Below the pieces are notes generated by a model. That model searched no databases. It worked only from the letters and a program-made list of their open reading frames with translations, and was not told the origin of the DNA. DNA of 55,957 bases, the filler included, from Sphacelaria rigidula (Eukaryota), in assembly GCA_964200075.2 (NCBI GenBank). It is 6 parts of 6 records of this genome, joined end to end, with 100 filler letters (N's around TTAATTAATTAA, not from the genome) between each part and the next. Parts side by side here need not be neighbours in the genome. Positions count along the whole stretch, not along the records: positions 9,344 to 18,586 come from CAXNAA020008946.1; positions 18,687 to 27,929 come from CAXNAA020008947.1; 4 more parts are not named here. One strand, 5' to 3'. Positions 12,181 through 24,090 of the stretch are shown piece after piece. How positions within the stretch are numbered: the first letter of the stretch is position 1; every line of letters starts with the position of its first letter. The position numbers and the translations under genes were made by a program.

Positions 12181-12606
12181 CATCGAAATTGAGGATGGAG
12201 CCTTACATTGAGGATAATAACCCGGAAAATTCAAATCTTTGCATCCGCACCAATTCTTCGAGATATGGCTCCATTCCTTCATCTTTCTGGTAGCAAATGA
12301 CAACCACTACATGCCATGAGGAAATGGATTCCGACGACCGAAATTTGGGGGTTCCAAGTGAAAAAGAAAATGTTGGGAATTTCAGGGATCCGGCCGGATC
12401 ACGTAAACTACCAAGAACTGTTTTTTCACGTAGGACTCCCAAATTTTGGTCGTCGGGATCCAATTGTTTTTGGTGTGTAGTGGTAGTCAAAAGCTACCAG
12501 AAAGATGGGGGAATGGAACCACATTCCGAAGAATTGGCGTGGATGCGAACATTTTAATTTTCCGGGTTATCATCCTCAATGAAAAGTTCCATCCGTAATT
12601 TCGATG
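12181..12606. repeat. Nearly loopless foldback with arms of about 210 bp
   Basis: Arms are reverse complements around the centre GATCCGGCCGGATC (12387-12400). Confidence 0.9.
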
Positions 12607-14998
12607 TTCGGCCGTTATTTAATGAAAATTGAAGGATTGAGATCAAGATGTGGCCGGGTATCCTTGGCAAGCTTCGAATTACAATCGTCCTATGACGTGC
12701 GCCTCGCCTTCCACGATTGAGCGCTACCATCAAGGAGTATGGAGCAAAGACAGCACCCGGAAACGGGGATGTCCGTTTTCATGGTCATATCTGGGAACAA
12801 ATTTTCAGAAGTAGCGCGCGGAACGAGGTTTTCTGGAAAAATTCGAAGAAGTCGGGAAAGAAACGACAGTTACCGGTTTTTGAGAGTCGCAGCCGTCGGG
12901 CAGTTATCTTCTTATGAACACGGGCAACTACTGTAACGCTTGGCCGTAGGCCGGTGTAGAGTGAATCCTGTACGGCACGGTACAAGCTCGCAACCTTTCC
13001 TAACACTGTGCTGCGTCGTGAGTGCCGCGGTGCTCTGAGTGGGACTGCATCGTTTGAAAAAGGGCGGCCACCATGCCGCTCTGTAGTCTGCTACTGTGCT
13101 AGTGTCTGCGTAGGAGAGTGGCCGACACCTCAATGTTCAGTGCTGAGTGGGCGCTGGGACACATTCACTCAGGTCGTATGCTGTACCGTACTACCGTCGA
13201 CCCGTGACAGATCTAGAACATAAAACGTTTGCAACTTTGACCGTGTGTGCGTACCGCCCGGGACCCGCTGTGTGCTTGCACGTCGTCCTGTACAGTACAA
13301 AGTGCTTACAGTACCGATTCTCACTGTCGCACCTCAACTCATCCCCGAGGGGATCCACTTGATAGGCGTACCCGAGACATGACTAGACGGGGATACTCGC
13401 TGAAGTAAAGTGAAGAAAAAACAGAAGAGGCACTACACATGAAGTACAGGATTGTACAATACAGGACAAGGGACTGCAGTACTGTACAGTGCAGCATTAC
13501 TTTCGTACGACATGTGTGAAGTAGCTTCAGAACATGACATGGTTGAAACTCTGATCTCGCATGGGTGCCTCATGGTATTCGGGTTCCCCACGTGTACACT
13601 TGCACGCCGTCCTGTCCACGATATACCGCTCACAGTACTGTACTCAAATTGCAGTTTTGTAGTGCAGCACTACGCAACCGCATACTACACAGTGCGCCAC
13701 AGCGTATATTACGATGGAAATCTGACTCTTGGTGAAAACCATGTTTTTTGTTTTCAAATATCTTTCATTTTGTGTCGATTCTCCCCATCTGTTTGCGGCC
13801 ATGTTCTGCCACTAGTTTCATGGATGTCAATATTTGGAGATAAAATGACCAGCTGGATTTTGGAAATAAAATGACCGCTGTAGTTCGACCAAAAACAATA
13901 AATACGACGTTGTTCATTATTGTTTATTCGTCCATTTTTATTTCTTGCTTTCCTTTCCTGTTGTCCATGCGATCATTCTGAGCTACTGCTGGTTGCATTA
14001 GTCTCGTAGTGGATGAGAAAAGGGCGGGTCATAAAACGGCGGGTAACGTACGTTTTAGATGGGATACAACATCGCGACCTGTGGGAAGGGGCGCCCCTCA
14101 TATGATCCAGGGATGAATTTTCCACTGCATTGCCATCAAAACAGTGACATCATCAACAGCAGTGATAGCGATGAAAACTGTTTCATTTCACGAGGGGAGG
14201 GAACGAGACAAAAGTACGGCAACGTATTTCACATCAACGTCGGCTCCTCGGGCACGCTCTACCACGACTGTACCAACCCCGTTTCCCACTACAAAAGACT
14301 CTGATTTGAACCCTGGTTCATCATCATCATTTTCGTACGTGCACCTTGCCCTGCGATAAGAGTAGTGACAAAATGAACAATGATAACAGCGATAACTACG
14401 AGCATTGCTTCAGCGATAGTGACACTGAAACAGTAGAAAACAATGATTGAGGTGGTAAATTGCACGACTGTACCGATCGGAAATGATGAATATCACAACA
14501 CCAACGCGAATGAAGAGTACCACGGCGGCAGCGACGAAAACATGCGGGTGGTCTCCTACCGCTACTCGCAGCCTTACGGCAGGCACAAGATAACCTTGAC
14601 GCCGGAAGCACCAAACCAGTACAATAGCGTCGTTCTGAAGTCACGTCAGAACGTCTTGAACGTCTCAGGCGTCGCGTCTCAACTGGTATGGATTCATTTG
14701 CCCAAAGTAGTTTTGGTCTAGGTGCGACAAAGAATGTCACCCAGAGCACACCACTCATCTCATGAGCCCTACGGAAGCAAGGGTGCCAACCCCCTTATGT
14801 AGAATACTGAGAGAAATTAAAGAGCAGAGAGAGATAAAGAGCAGCGGAGACGAAGACGGGGAGAGAGATACAGAAAGAGACGGACATAGGGAGACAGAGA
14901 AAAGTGGAGAAAGAAAGACGAGAATGCAAAAGAAGGAAACCAAGGAAGCGTTGCATAACCGTAGTATATTCGATATGAAGGTCGCCGTGCATCCTCAC

Positions 14999-15037
14999 CT
15001 GCTGCGGCGCCGGCGCCCCCATCTGATGCATCGACCC
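14999..15037 (-). CDS. Candidate copine C-terminal tail micro-exon
   Basis: CAG acceptor, GSMHQMGAPAPQQ, GTGAGG donor, phase 0-0; a possible last exon lies at 13334-13399 (strong polypyrimidine acceptor). Confidence 0.4.
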
Positions 15038-16471
15038 CTGATAGTAGGTGGCGCGAACCCGGCAGCATTGTTGGCGCCGCGGAAATCGCGTGAGGGGCAA
15101 ACGCCCACGCCAAGTCACGAATCACGAAAACGAATGAGGCGAGGAAACCAGCACAACGATCAGGCAAAGCGTACATACCATGTACGAACGAATGTTTAGG
15201 GGGTGCTCATCCGAAACAACCGCAGTTCTTGAGAAGGTATGTCTACTGACGATTTCTTCATCTTTCCTTTTCTGTATTTCTTCTTTCGGAACAACTAGTT
15301 GTGTACGGCATCCCACATGGGATACATCCTTCAAACCATCCTGAACAGCTTGTCTGCGATCAAGTACAAGTCATTCGTAAGCCGATGTGAGGCGGGTGAT
15401 TTGCGAGGCGACTTCAGCACTAAAAACCCATCATCGACACACTCTTGTCTTGATGAGAACCCTAACCGTAACCCCAACTCCAGCGCCCACCCAAGGCAAT
15501 CGGAGGTCCCATTACCAATAGGGGCAGAAGGGTTGCCTCAGGCAAATTGTGCCTCGGCAGAGTCCGAACGGCGACGTCGGCGCCGATCTGAGGAAAACCC
15601 TGAACTGCTCACGCCGGGAACCACTTTGGATTCTTCAGCCCTCACGAAATGGAATCTCAGTTTCTGCGCCAAAATCATAGGGAGTGTGTTCCAGCTGTAG
15701 GGGCTACGGATGAATCCACGAAAATTATAAGCCCCTGCGCGTCAATTCGAATGGTCGTGGCGTGATCTCAACGAAATGCATGAACTATGCTGCGGTGACT
15801 GTAGCGTGTACACCGCGACAACGCCTTGCGGTAAGAAATGGTACACCTTCGCTGGCATATGATCCCCGAACCCCGATGATCTGATGATACACTTAAAGGC
15901 CATAAAGTCAGGGGAATCTGGGTTCGATTTCCCACACATGCATGCATTGGGGGGGTTTCTGGTAAGTTGTGGCTTTCGTCGTTGAAACGCAAAGACCTGA
16001 GTAGCACAGAATATATTCAAGGGGAGGCGACGCGGTACGGGAGTGCCGATCTAATCTGCAACACCACAGCGCAAAGTGTCTACCGCGGGAGAGATGGGTT
16101 GGTCCCTCAGGACCACGGACTCATCCCAAGAAAGGAGAGGGGTTGAGGGCGCACGGAGAAAACAATGAAAGAAATGACCATCCCTCCTGAATCGACACCC
16201 TCGGGTGAACGAAGTTTCGGCTATGTTCGGCACCATGTCGATATCTGCAGCGTTTTACATATAGTAAATATGAAGTGCATCACACACCACCTGATACCAC
16301 GGGTGAATGATGTGTTTTTGGGTCCGAATACATATTACTCGGGGTCGTATCTACCGTTGCCTACGCTCTACACCCCGTTTCAGCTTGAAACAGAGACCCG
16401 TAAAGTCATTCAAGTGTCACTACAGTAGCATCCGGTCGCCCGAATCCCCCCCTCCCCTCCTGGAAACTCAC

Positions 16472-16591
16472 CCTGACAACGTTCGCCCCGACGGAACCCG
16501 CGCGCGCATTTCTGGCACGCACGGGGTCCCCTGGTGGGATGTTGTTGGCCTTCATGTAGTCAATCACCTGCCCCGGAATTTCCGCTAGCAC
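16472..16591 (-). CDS. Copine, next exon
   Basis: TTAG acceptor in phase 0 after LAKE; reads VLAEIPGQVIDYMKANNIPPGDPVRARNARAGSVGANVVR (copine LAEIPxQ motif); GTGAGT donor. Without splicing the frame stops at 16406. Confidence 0.9.
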
Positions 16592-17926
16592 CTAACGCCG
16601 ACAAGGTCAAACATCAACTGCAGCAATATGTCATGAAGCAGACATCCCAACGAATCGCAAGGCGTTTCATGCGCAGAGTGAAATTTCTCAGGTGACCATT
16701 CATCTCTGAACCGGAGGAAGTTACGCAGATTACGGCTGGGTCATCCTCAAAACTACTGGACACGTGTGGAAGACAAACTCATCTGTAAAGCAACAACACT
16801 GAACCACAAGACAGTGATGTCTGACCGTGGTGAACAACAAGTGAAGCCGCACATTTTCCCTCCGTACCGGTACGTTTTCTCCCGGAGCGGCACGTACTCT
16901 ACTGACGTACAGGCGCTTGATATGGCAACCTGGTTCGGCTGATCAATCCCAGCCAGCCGCTAGGGAATACACATGGTCCGCTCCGCCGGCAAAAATCACA
17001 TATATCCTTTGTTCAGCCGAACGGCAAAAATATGAATTTGATATTCTCACTCTGCAACCGAGCACAAATCCCAGGTTTGATCTTTGAGCCGGATGACGAA
17101 ATTGAAAAATTCACATGCCTCTCTTCGGACCCGGCAAAGCTTGCATATGACCCGTCTTTGCGCTGGACGACAAAGAAATCTCAATTAGACGTTCCTTGAA
17201 CCCCACCGATTCAGGAAAATGGATACGTGAAAAACGCCGGTCATGTGAAGGGCCTCACAACATTTCATCGCTATACGGCATGCATCTCTCCGCAGGTATG
17301 CGCGGATACAAAAGAAGCATGACGTTGTCCTTATGTTCTACAGGCTGGTTCCCGCTTATTACCCAAAAAGCGCTTATCGGCAAAACTTCACGTCGTTTGA
17401 AGGAGTTAGACCCTAAAATTTTGAAGAGCACTGCAGTGCCAGTTTTCCGGGGTCCCAGAATGGAGACTACTTCGAAAAAACGACTTGGACCCCGTCGGAC
17501 CCCCGAAAAACGGTAAAAAAGTCGAAGAGAAAAAACCTCATCCATCAAAACTTGCGCAGTGATCCACAGAACATTTATGCGAAGTTTCAGGCTCTGAATG
17601 GTCGAAGCACCTTTTCGCCCTTAACGCCACCAGTATGGCCTTAAACACAGATTCGGCTATATCACGTTCTTCAGCTGTCCATGGTGGTCGGTATGATGCC
17701 ATATATGCGACTATTGGGTACGTATTGCGAAAGCCATTTGCTAATGACACAATTTTGGGTTATTATAAAGCGTAAACCAGCCTGTATGTACAGCGCAAAG
17801 CGCACGATCATCTGCCTGACAAACCATGAGCTAGTACCTAGAGTATCTTTGACTGGTGGTGGTAGTGCTGCTGCTGCTGCGGCGGCGGCCAAGCTGTTTG
17901 TCGTTGCTGTTACAGAAATGCTGTAC

Positions 17927-18086
17927 CTCTTTGGCCAGCGCATGCGGGCTCTTCCCGCTGAAGTCCCGCATGGGCACGAACTGCACGATATCCCGTGACG
18001 CTGGCTTGCCGGCTCGGTTGACCAGTCTCACATCATCGCCATCCAGAGCTTCCATGGACCGGTAGTCCGCTGCGCCAACCCCCACG
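17927..18086 (-). CDS. Copine (Ca2+/phospholipid-binding, vWA domain), internal exon; upstream exons lie beyond the contig end
   Basis: CTACAG acceptor and GTACAG donor; reads [53 protein letters not shown], with the copine hallmarks VGVG..D...M..LDGD and RDIVQFVP. Confidence 0.95.
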
Positions 18087-18586
18087 CTGTAGTCAGAAGC
18101 GGAAAACGACGCAAAGCATAACGCGCGAGCCATAAGTCGAAGCAAGGGTATACTGCAGTAAATACGTATGCGCGCGAAGGAGATAGGTACCTGTAGTATA
18201 TATTCAGCCATCGCGCCCCGGTGGTGAATCAAACCGGTAAATCCACCCGGTAAATCCAACACTACTTTTGTGCGGATGTTGTGGGTGTGAATCTTTCTAT
18301 GGAGGCGGACATTTCTCTGGCTTCAGTCGTCCGAAAGCGTGAGAGGGTCGGTCTGCGAAAAATATCAACAAGAGTCGAAGAGCTGCGGGAGGGCTCATCC
18401 AGTGCTCGAAAATAGAACGCAAGGCAGGTGCAGTGGAGGAAAGCGATGGGTTGATTTCTTGGAACTAAGAAGTCATTCCTGGGAGAGGGGCGGGGGAGGT
18501 GTACTCATGATCATGCATGCCACAGTCATAAGACCGTCGACCTCGCATCCCTACAATGCCGGGATGGAGCACGCTGGGTTTTCGCC

Positions 18587-18686
18587 NNNNNNNNNNNNNN
18601 NNNNNNNNNNNNNNNNNNNNNNNNNNNNNNTTAATTAATTAANNNNNNNNNNNNNNNNNNNNNNNNNNNNNNNNNNNNNNNNNNNN
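18587..18686. other. Artificial contig-joining spacer 2
   Basis: Same 100-bp structure, exactly 9343 bp after spacer 1. Confidence 0.98.
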
Positions 18687-20699
18687 TCCGTCTCGGCTTT
18701 GTAGGGATGCGAGGTCAATGGTCTAATGACTATGGCATGCATGATCATGGGTATACCCCCCGTGCCAGCCATCGCACCGTGCTATATCAAGCTCCACTGG
18801 CCGGTCGAGAGAGCCACGCAAACGCATCGGGCACTGCGCACCGCAGCTACCGTATAAACCAAATGTGCAACGACTCTTCAACAAAAATCTCGCGACCCCA
18901 ATAAATTCCCGTGGAAGCGCACGTAAAAGGTATAACGCACAAGGGACGTCAGCCATGTCCATATTTTGACATTCATCAGTGATGACAGTTGTCTATCGCT
19001 AACCGTCGCTTCGGTGCATACAAGCCTGAACCGCGACCATATACCTCTATGTTTATTGCGAGAAACTAGACTACCGCCTCTTCAAATCCCTCGCCACAAA
19101 ACACATCCAAACTCCTCTCCCTGACCGACGGAAAACATCGGAAACGCTTCAGATGAGCCATGCTCCACCACCCACCACCTCTGGCCCATACACTTGCGGC
19201 GGTTGCGAGTACGTAATCCAGAGCATAAGCTACTTATATATTTCGACACGAGTTCGTGGGTGTGCGTAGAGTGATGCTACATCCAACTAGAGAGTTGTGA
19301 AAATCTGCATTTGTAACGAGACTTTCCGTACCCAGAGGGGATACAAAACACGCCAGGCAATAGCTTCATCTCTCATCTATCGGGAGGGAACCGGAACCAC
19401 AGGGTCTGTGGAAGGGTGCCGTTAAAAACGTCGAACCCAGCTATCCCTGCTGCGGGGAAAAGGAGAACAAGGAGAGAGAGAGGGGTGCAAAATTGCACAG
19501 CCAGGCAGCGGGCAGACACGGAGAAATGCCAGCAAATGAGCGTGACTCGTCATGCGGTGAACGGTCGGTCGACACCACACAGGTAGCGAGACAAGCTAGG
19601 CTACGTACACGCTTCAGTCGTGAAAAGCGCATACAACTAATGACAAATACGACTAGGTTGTGGTGCTGGCGTGTCTGCCCCTTCGGTTCCGCTGCGCCTG
19701 CTGTCGAGGAAAATTTCCAAAATCTGTCGAAAGCCTCGACACCACGGCGACGTTACTCGACTCTGCCTCTACGGTAACCTACACTCCGATCGAGACCGAT
19801 TTCCTCTGACCGACGGTGGGCGTTTCATTTCGGAACACACCCCAACACCCAGGCAAACGAAAGTCCAGACATAATCTCATGCGGAACGACGACTTCGAGT
19901 ACTTCTTTCCTGCTCTTGAAAGTCTACTCGCAAACGAACACTTACCACACCCGTCGACGCCGAAGCCATACAGTTGGATGAAACGAGACATACTTCTGTA
20001 ACAATACATTCCAATATCTCAACAACACGGACGAACAAACGCGCGCTACACTCGAACATCAAAACGTTTGCCTGTGTCGAACCTGTGGCACAGCGCACGC
20101 TGTCATATCGTCAAGGCGAATCGCTTCTCCACGTCGGTACTTCGAAGGCAGTCATTTCTGTCACTTATGGAATCCTCCTCCGAAGCAACAAACAAGGCGT
20201 CGTGAGACGGGCTCTTCGCAGATATCGCTTGATACGCTCGGCAAGGCCAGGCATAACGGGAAACACCACAACAAAAGCCCACAACCATCGACTACATGTT
20301 GGCACTGTTGAGCGCGACCAAATTTCCTGCGCGAGATACGGTGGTGTTTCCCGATGTTATTGTTCTTCCCGTTTCGGAGTGTCACAGAACAGCACAACGA
20401 AGGCAGTTGCTTTATTCCGTGTCGGCATAATACAGGCTGTCCACGTATAGGGTTCACTTAGCTTCCTGCACCGACACGGGGTCTCGAAAGACAAGCTACT
20501 TGCATGTGCCGCTTGCACTCGGCAGGGTTGGTCAGTCGCAAATACATGCATTCAGATCACAACATGACCATCGCATACCACCCCCTGTCAGGACAAAGAG
20601 TGATATTCCGATATCTGAAACAGTCACGGACACAGCAGCAGAAGCGTCATGCGCGTCGCTTGTACGTCCACCAGGAAACACCACGTTTCTCACATCTTG

Positions 20700-20817
20700 T
20701 CTCGCCCACACGAAGTGGTGCTCGGCGGGCTTCAACTGGGTTCCCCGGAGGCAGAATTCGTCGTTCACCATCACTGCTGCTATGAACTTCCCCTTGATAT
20801 TTTTCTTCGTGATTGAC
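20700..20817 (-). CDS. Candidate exon, unknown protein (possibly C48 peptidase-like)
   Basis: CCGCAG acceptor; reads SITKKNIKGKFIAAVMVNDEFCLRGTQLKPAEHHFVW; donor and frame uncertain. Confidence 0.3.
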
Positions 20818-21464
20818 CTGCGGTGCAGGTGCGTTGGTAAGACACAAGTATATATTATCCGGGAGGCACATACACCGTGATACCTTCAACAGCGTGTAGA
20901 AAACGCTGCGTGACGACTACAACGTGTGTAGCGACCGCGACGCAACATCAGTACAGCACTTCAGGCAATCCCAAGCGCAGATCAACTGTATCTCATCAAT
21001 CTTCTAATCAAGGGGACGATGTCCGTTTGCTCACAATCATGGGCCAGTATATTGCCGTCGATCAAACGCCATGTCGAGTAATTCCTACACCGTACGGGGA
21101 TCCCACAAATAATACTCCACATGAACCTGAGGGTCTCACGAGCAGCGGTACTGAGTGCACCAAACCTGGATTTCGCGTCTCAATTTTGAGGGTTGTGCTA
21201 TGAAACTTGGCATGGAATATCGCACGGGCAGAATGAAAGGAAGACATCCAGGACCTTGGGGATTTTTCCTCATGAGTCGATGACGTTACCGTGAGAAGTG
21301 GGCATTGTTTTCGGCCTCCAACTGAGTTTCCTTACTCATCCGTTATGCTGAGTGTAGAGTATCGCAACGGCATACTGCAAATAAAAAAGTGGGCATGAAG
21401 TGTCAAGTTCTCATTCGTGAGTTCAGGACGTTATCGTGAAAAGGGTGTCCTTAGACTGACTTCA

Positions 21465-21895
21465 ATGGGACCATTTTTGATTTGTACAAATATAGGATTC
21501 CAGCCCGTCTACAGACCGTTTTCTCCCGTGGATTGATATCTTGGACCCCAGTCTGTTGGGCATTATTTTCTGGCTAGCTGTGAGAAAATCAGATCAATTC
21601 TCCGATTTTCTGGACGTCGACTTCCGGCAAATCCCATTCCTGCTCGAATCGTGACACTCCCGCATCTCCCCTGATCAAAAATCGGGGGAGATGTGGGAGT
21701 GTCCTGATTTGAGCAGAAAAGTGATGCACCAAAGTTCAACGTCCAGAAAATCTGATGATTCATCTGGTTTTCTCATATCTAGCCGAAAAGATAGCCCAAT
21801 GGACTGGGGTACGAAAAATGAATCCACGGAGGGAAATCGCCCTCAGACGGGCGGAAATCCACATCTTTGTACAAATCAAGATTGGTTATCATCGA
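21465..21895. repeat. Foldback with arms of about 200 bp
   Basis: TGATTTGTACAAA / TTTGTACAAATCA and GACACTCCCGCATCTCCCC / GGGGAGATGTGGGAGTGTC around a small loop near 21678. Confidence 0.88.
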
Positions 21896-22379
21896 GGTCG
21901 ATCTTGCTTCAATAAAAAGTCATTGACTCATGATAAGAAGTCATCATGGCCCAACTCTGTCCATCATGCCTAAAAAGTTCCCTGCACAAAATTTCAAAGG
22001 ACAAGTCACTACAAAACCTGGGCTAGTAAATGGCTACAAAATACTCTTGAAAATCTCGATCAGCCTAGGCTAAAAATCACCGATTCTAACCTCACTTTGG
22101 AGATTTGGGCATTCAATCCTTGAAATGGAGAACCGCTATGGATTATGCATATTGCACACGTTTTTCCATGGCCTGGGGGCATTTTCGTGAAGACCGGGTG
22201 TTTTAACCCTCAACTCATGAAAACCACAAAAAAATGTCTCGTGACGAAATTGCCTGTCTCATTATGATCTGGCCATTCTTCACATCAAATTCGAATGCTC
22301 CCATCTCAAAATCGAGGTTTGGATGGCCCCTCAATCAACAGACCCGCTTGTAAGTTGGCTCACCTCGTAGTGTCAGCTT

Positions 22380-22776
22380 CAGTAAAGGAGGGATGGGTGT
22401 GGACACGGAAGCACCTTCTTCGTCGCGAAAAAAAAAACAACTAGCACGAGACAAGACAGCGCTGGGTGCTGCCTCAATAATTCTATACGAGTACTGGCTG
22501 CCGCACCCCGATCGTCTAATGGTCCGCCGGTTACAACCAGGGTGACGAGAACGTTGATTCGACTTGACATGCGTTGGGTTAGTCCTTCGTATCTGATTCG
22601 CACCGTCGAAAATGCGAGTACGTCAGTGAACGAAGAGTAGAAGAGTTAGGTCGACGAGAGTTGACGCGGTGCGGGAGTGCTGACCCAATCCGCGACACCA
22701 AAATGCCAGGCGTGTACCGGGGAGAGAGGAGTTGATCCCTGGGGATCACGGACTCATCCTGAGGAAAGGGAGGTTT
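22380..22776. repeat. Dispersed repeat (partial homologue at ~16085-16150)
   Basis: GATCACGGACTCATCCTGAGGAAAGG matches GACCACGGACTCATCCCAAGAAAGG at ~16110; left boundary approximate. Confidence 0.5.
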
Positions 22777-23308
22777 CACACGTCAGACAAATCAACTCAT
22801 GTTACCACGAGTTAACTCGTTTCGACATAACTCACAAGTGAGTTATAGCAGCATCACTCAGCGTTACCCATTCTGGCCGGGTGAGTTGTGCAGCATCACT
22901 CAGCAATGCAAAATCTGGCCAGATGAGTTCTAAACTACAACTCAGTTATGCACACTCTGGCCGGGTGAGTCATAAACATAACTCAGTTATGCATATCTTG
23001 GTTAGGTGAGTTTCACACTATAACTCAGTCACGCACACTCCGGTCGGTTGAGTTCTAAACTACAACTCATCGATGTATATCTTGATCAAGCGAGTTGTAC
23101 TATTACTCAGCGGTGCACATTCTGGCCGGGTGTGTCATAGAAGATAACTCATCGATGCGTATCTTGGTCAAGTGTGTTAGACAGTATATATAACTCAGCG
23201 GTGCATGTTTTGGCAGGGTGAGCAATACTGTATAACTCAGCGATGCACATTCTGGCCCGGTGAGTTATACATTATAAGTGAGTTAACTCGTGAGTTGTCC
23301 GACGTGTG
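22777..23308. mobile_element. MITE-like element filled with about 10 tandem units of ~42 bp
   Basis: TIR CACACGTCAGACAA / TTGTCCGACGTGTG; units read AACTCAG-N~20-TGAGTT-N~9; TSD unclear. Confidence 0.8.
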
Positions 23309-23969
23309 GAGGGTGTCAAAGTGTGATGAGAAAAAAAAAAACGGAACACAACCAACAAAACAGCAGCTCAGGTAATCCGAGCGGAATCCTAACAGTCTGC
23401 GCACGGTCTGAACCCACCGCGGCACAGTACATCACAGTACGGTGATAGCCACAGCACAAAATGAGAGGGGGCGTGGGCGTGTGTAGTACATTCATTACAG
23501 CATGACATGTCTCATATTTCAGCTCGTCACCTGAGTCTAATAGGCACCTCATTTTTGATCGGGCGTTCAAAATAAGGTGCCCATGTTGATCAGATACCCA
23601 CACGCTGACGAAATTCAAATTTCAAAGTTCAAACTCCTCGTGGGGGTCACTCTTTTCCAAAATCGGCACTGATTTCGTTCCACGGTTTTTCACGACCTGT
23701 TGAAGACCCGCCGCGATTTTATTTTGAACAGCTCCCGTATGAGTTTATCTTACACTCATGTATGCTGCAGAAAGATCGAACACACTCTGCCAAAAAACAG
23801 GGGACGAGCGCCTTGCTTGGGTATCTTGAGGCCCCTCTCTGTGTGAGGGAGACACAGCAGTCGGTGCTAGACTCTTGTCAGAGTTACTAAAAACAAGCGA
23901 AAAGCGGCGATTGTGTTCATGGGATAAGAGGCACGCTGTAAAAACTCACTGCATTGTTGTCTTCTCCTT

Positions 23970-24090
23970 GCCCTGATGACAGCGAAGACGATGGTGTCGC
24001 TGAGGAGGCCGCCTAACCAGCTATAGCACGCCGGCGTGAGACGGCGCGCTGCTTCCGCCGTCGCCGCCAAGTACACCACCGCCTCAAATA
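23970..24090 (-). CDS. Candidate exon, unknown protein
   Basis: AAACAG acceptor; only one frame is open: IFEAVVYLAATAEAARRLTPACYSWLGGLLSDTIVFAVIR; donor uncertain. Confidence 0.35.

Noticed and set aside
14059-14721. Coding-like stretch on the plus strand
   Set aside because: Multiple stops and no recognisable motif; cannot be assigned without a search
15455-15480. Telomere-like CCCTAA motifs (also ~25345-25368)
   Set aside because: Only 2-3 degenerate units inside a dispersed repeat; not a telomeric array
17255-17548. P-loop-like VSILGPRKTGT ORF
   Set aside because: Lacks the Walker A GK[ST], sits within the copine intron, and has no supporting motifs
18495-18760. Apparent inverted repeat spanning spacer 2
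   Set aside because: Two independent contigs both break in the same abundant repeat (third copy at 49400-49450); the adjacency is artificial
22850-23280. CRISPR-like array
   Set aside because: Units are degenerate throughout, the variable parts are only about 9 nt, the array is TIR-bounded, there are no cas genes and the context is eukaryotic
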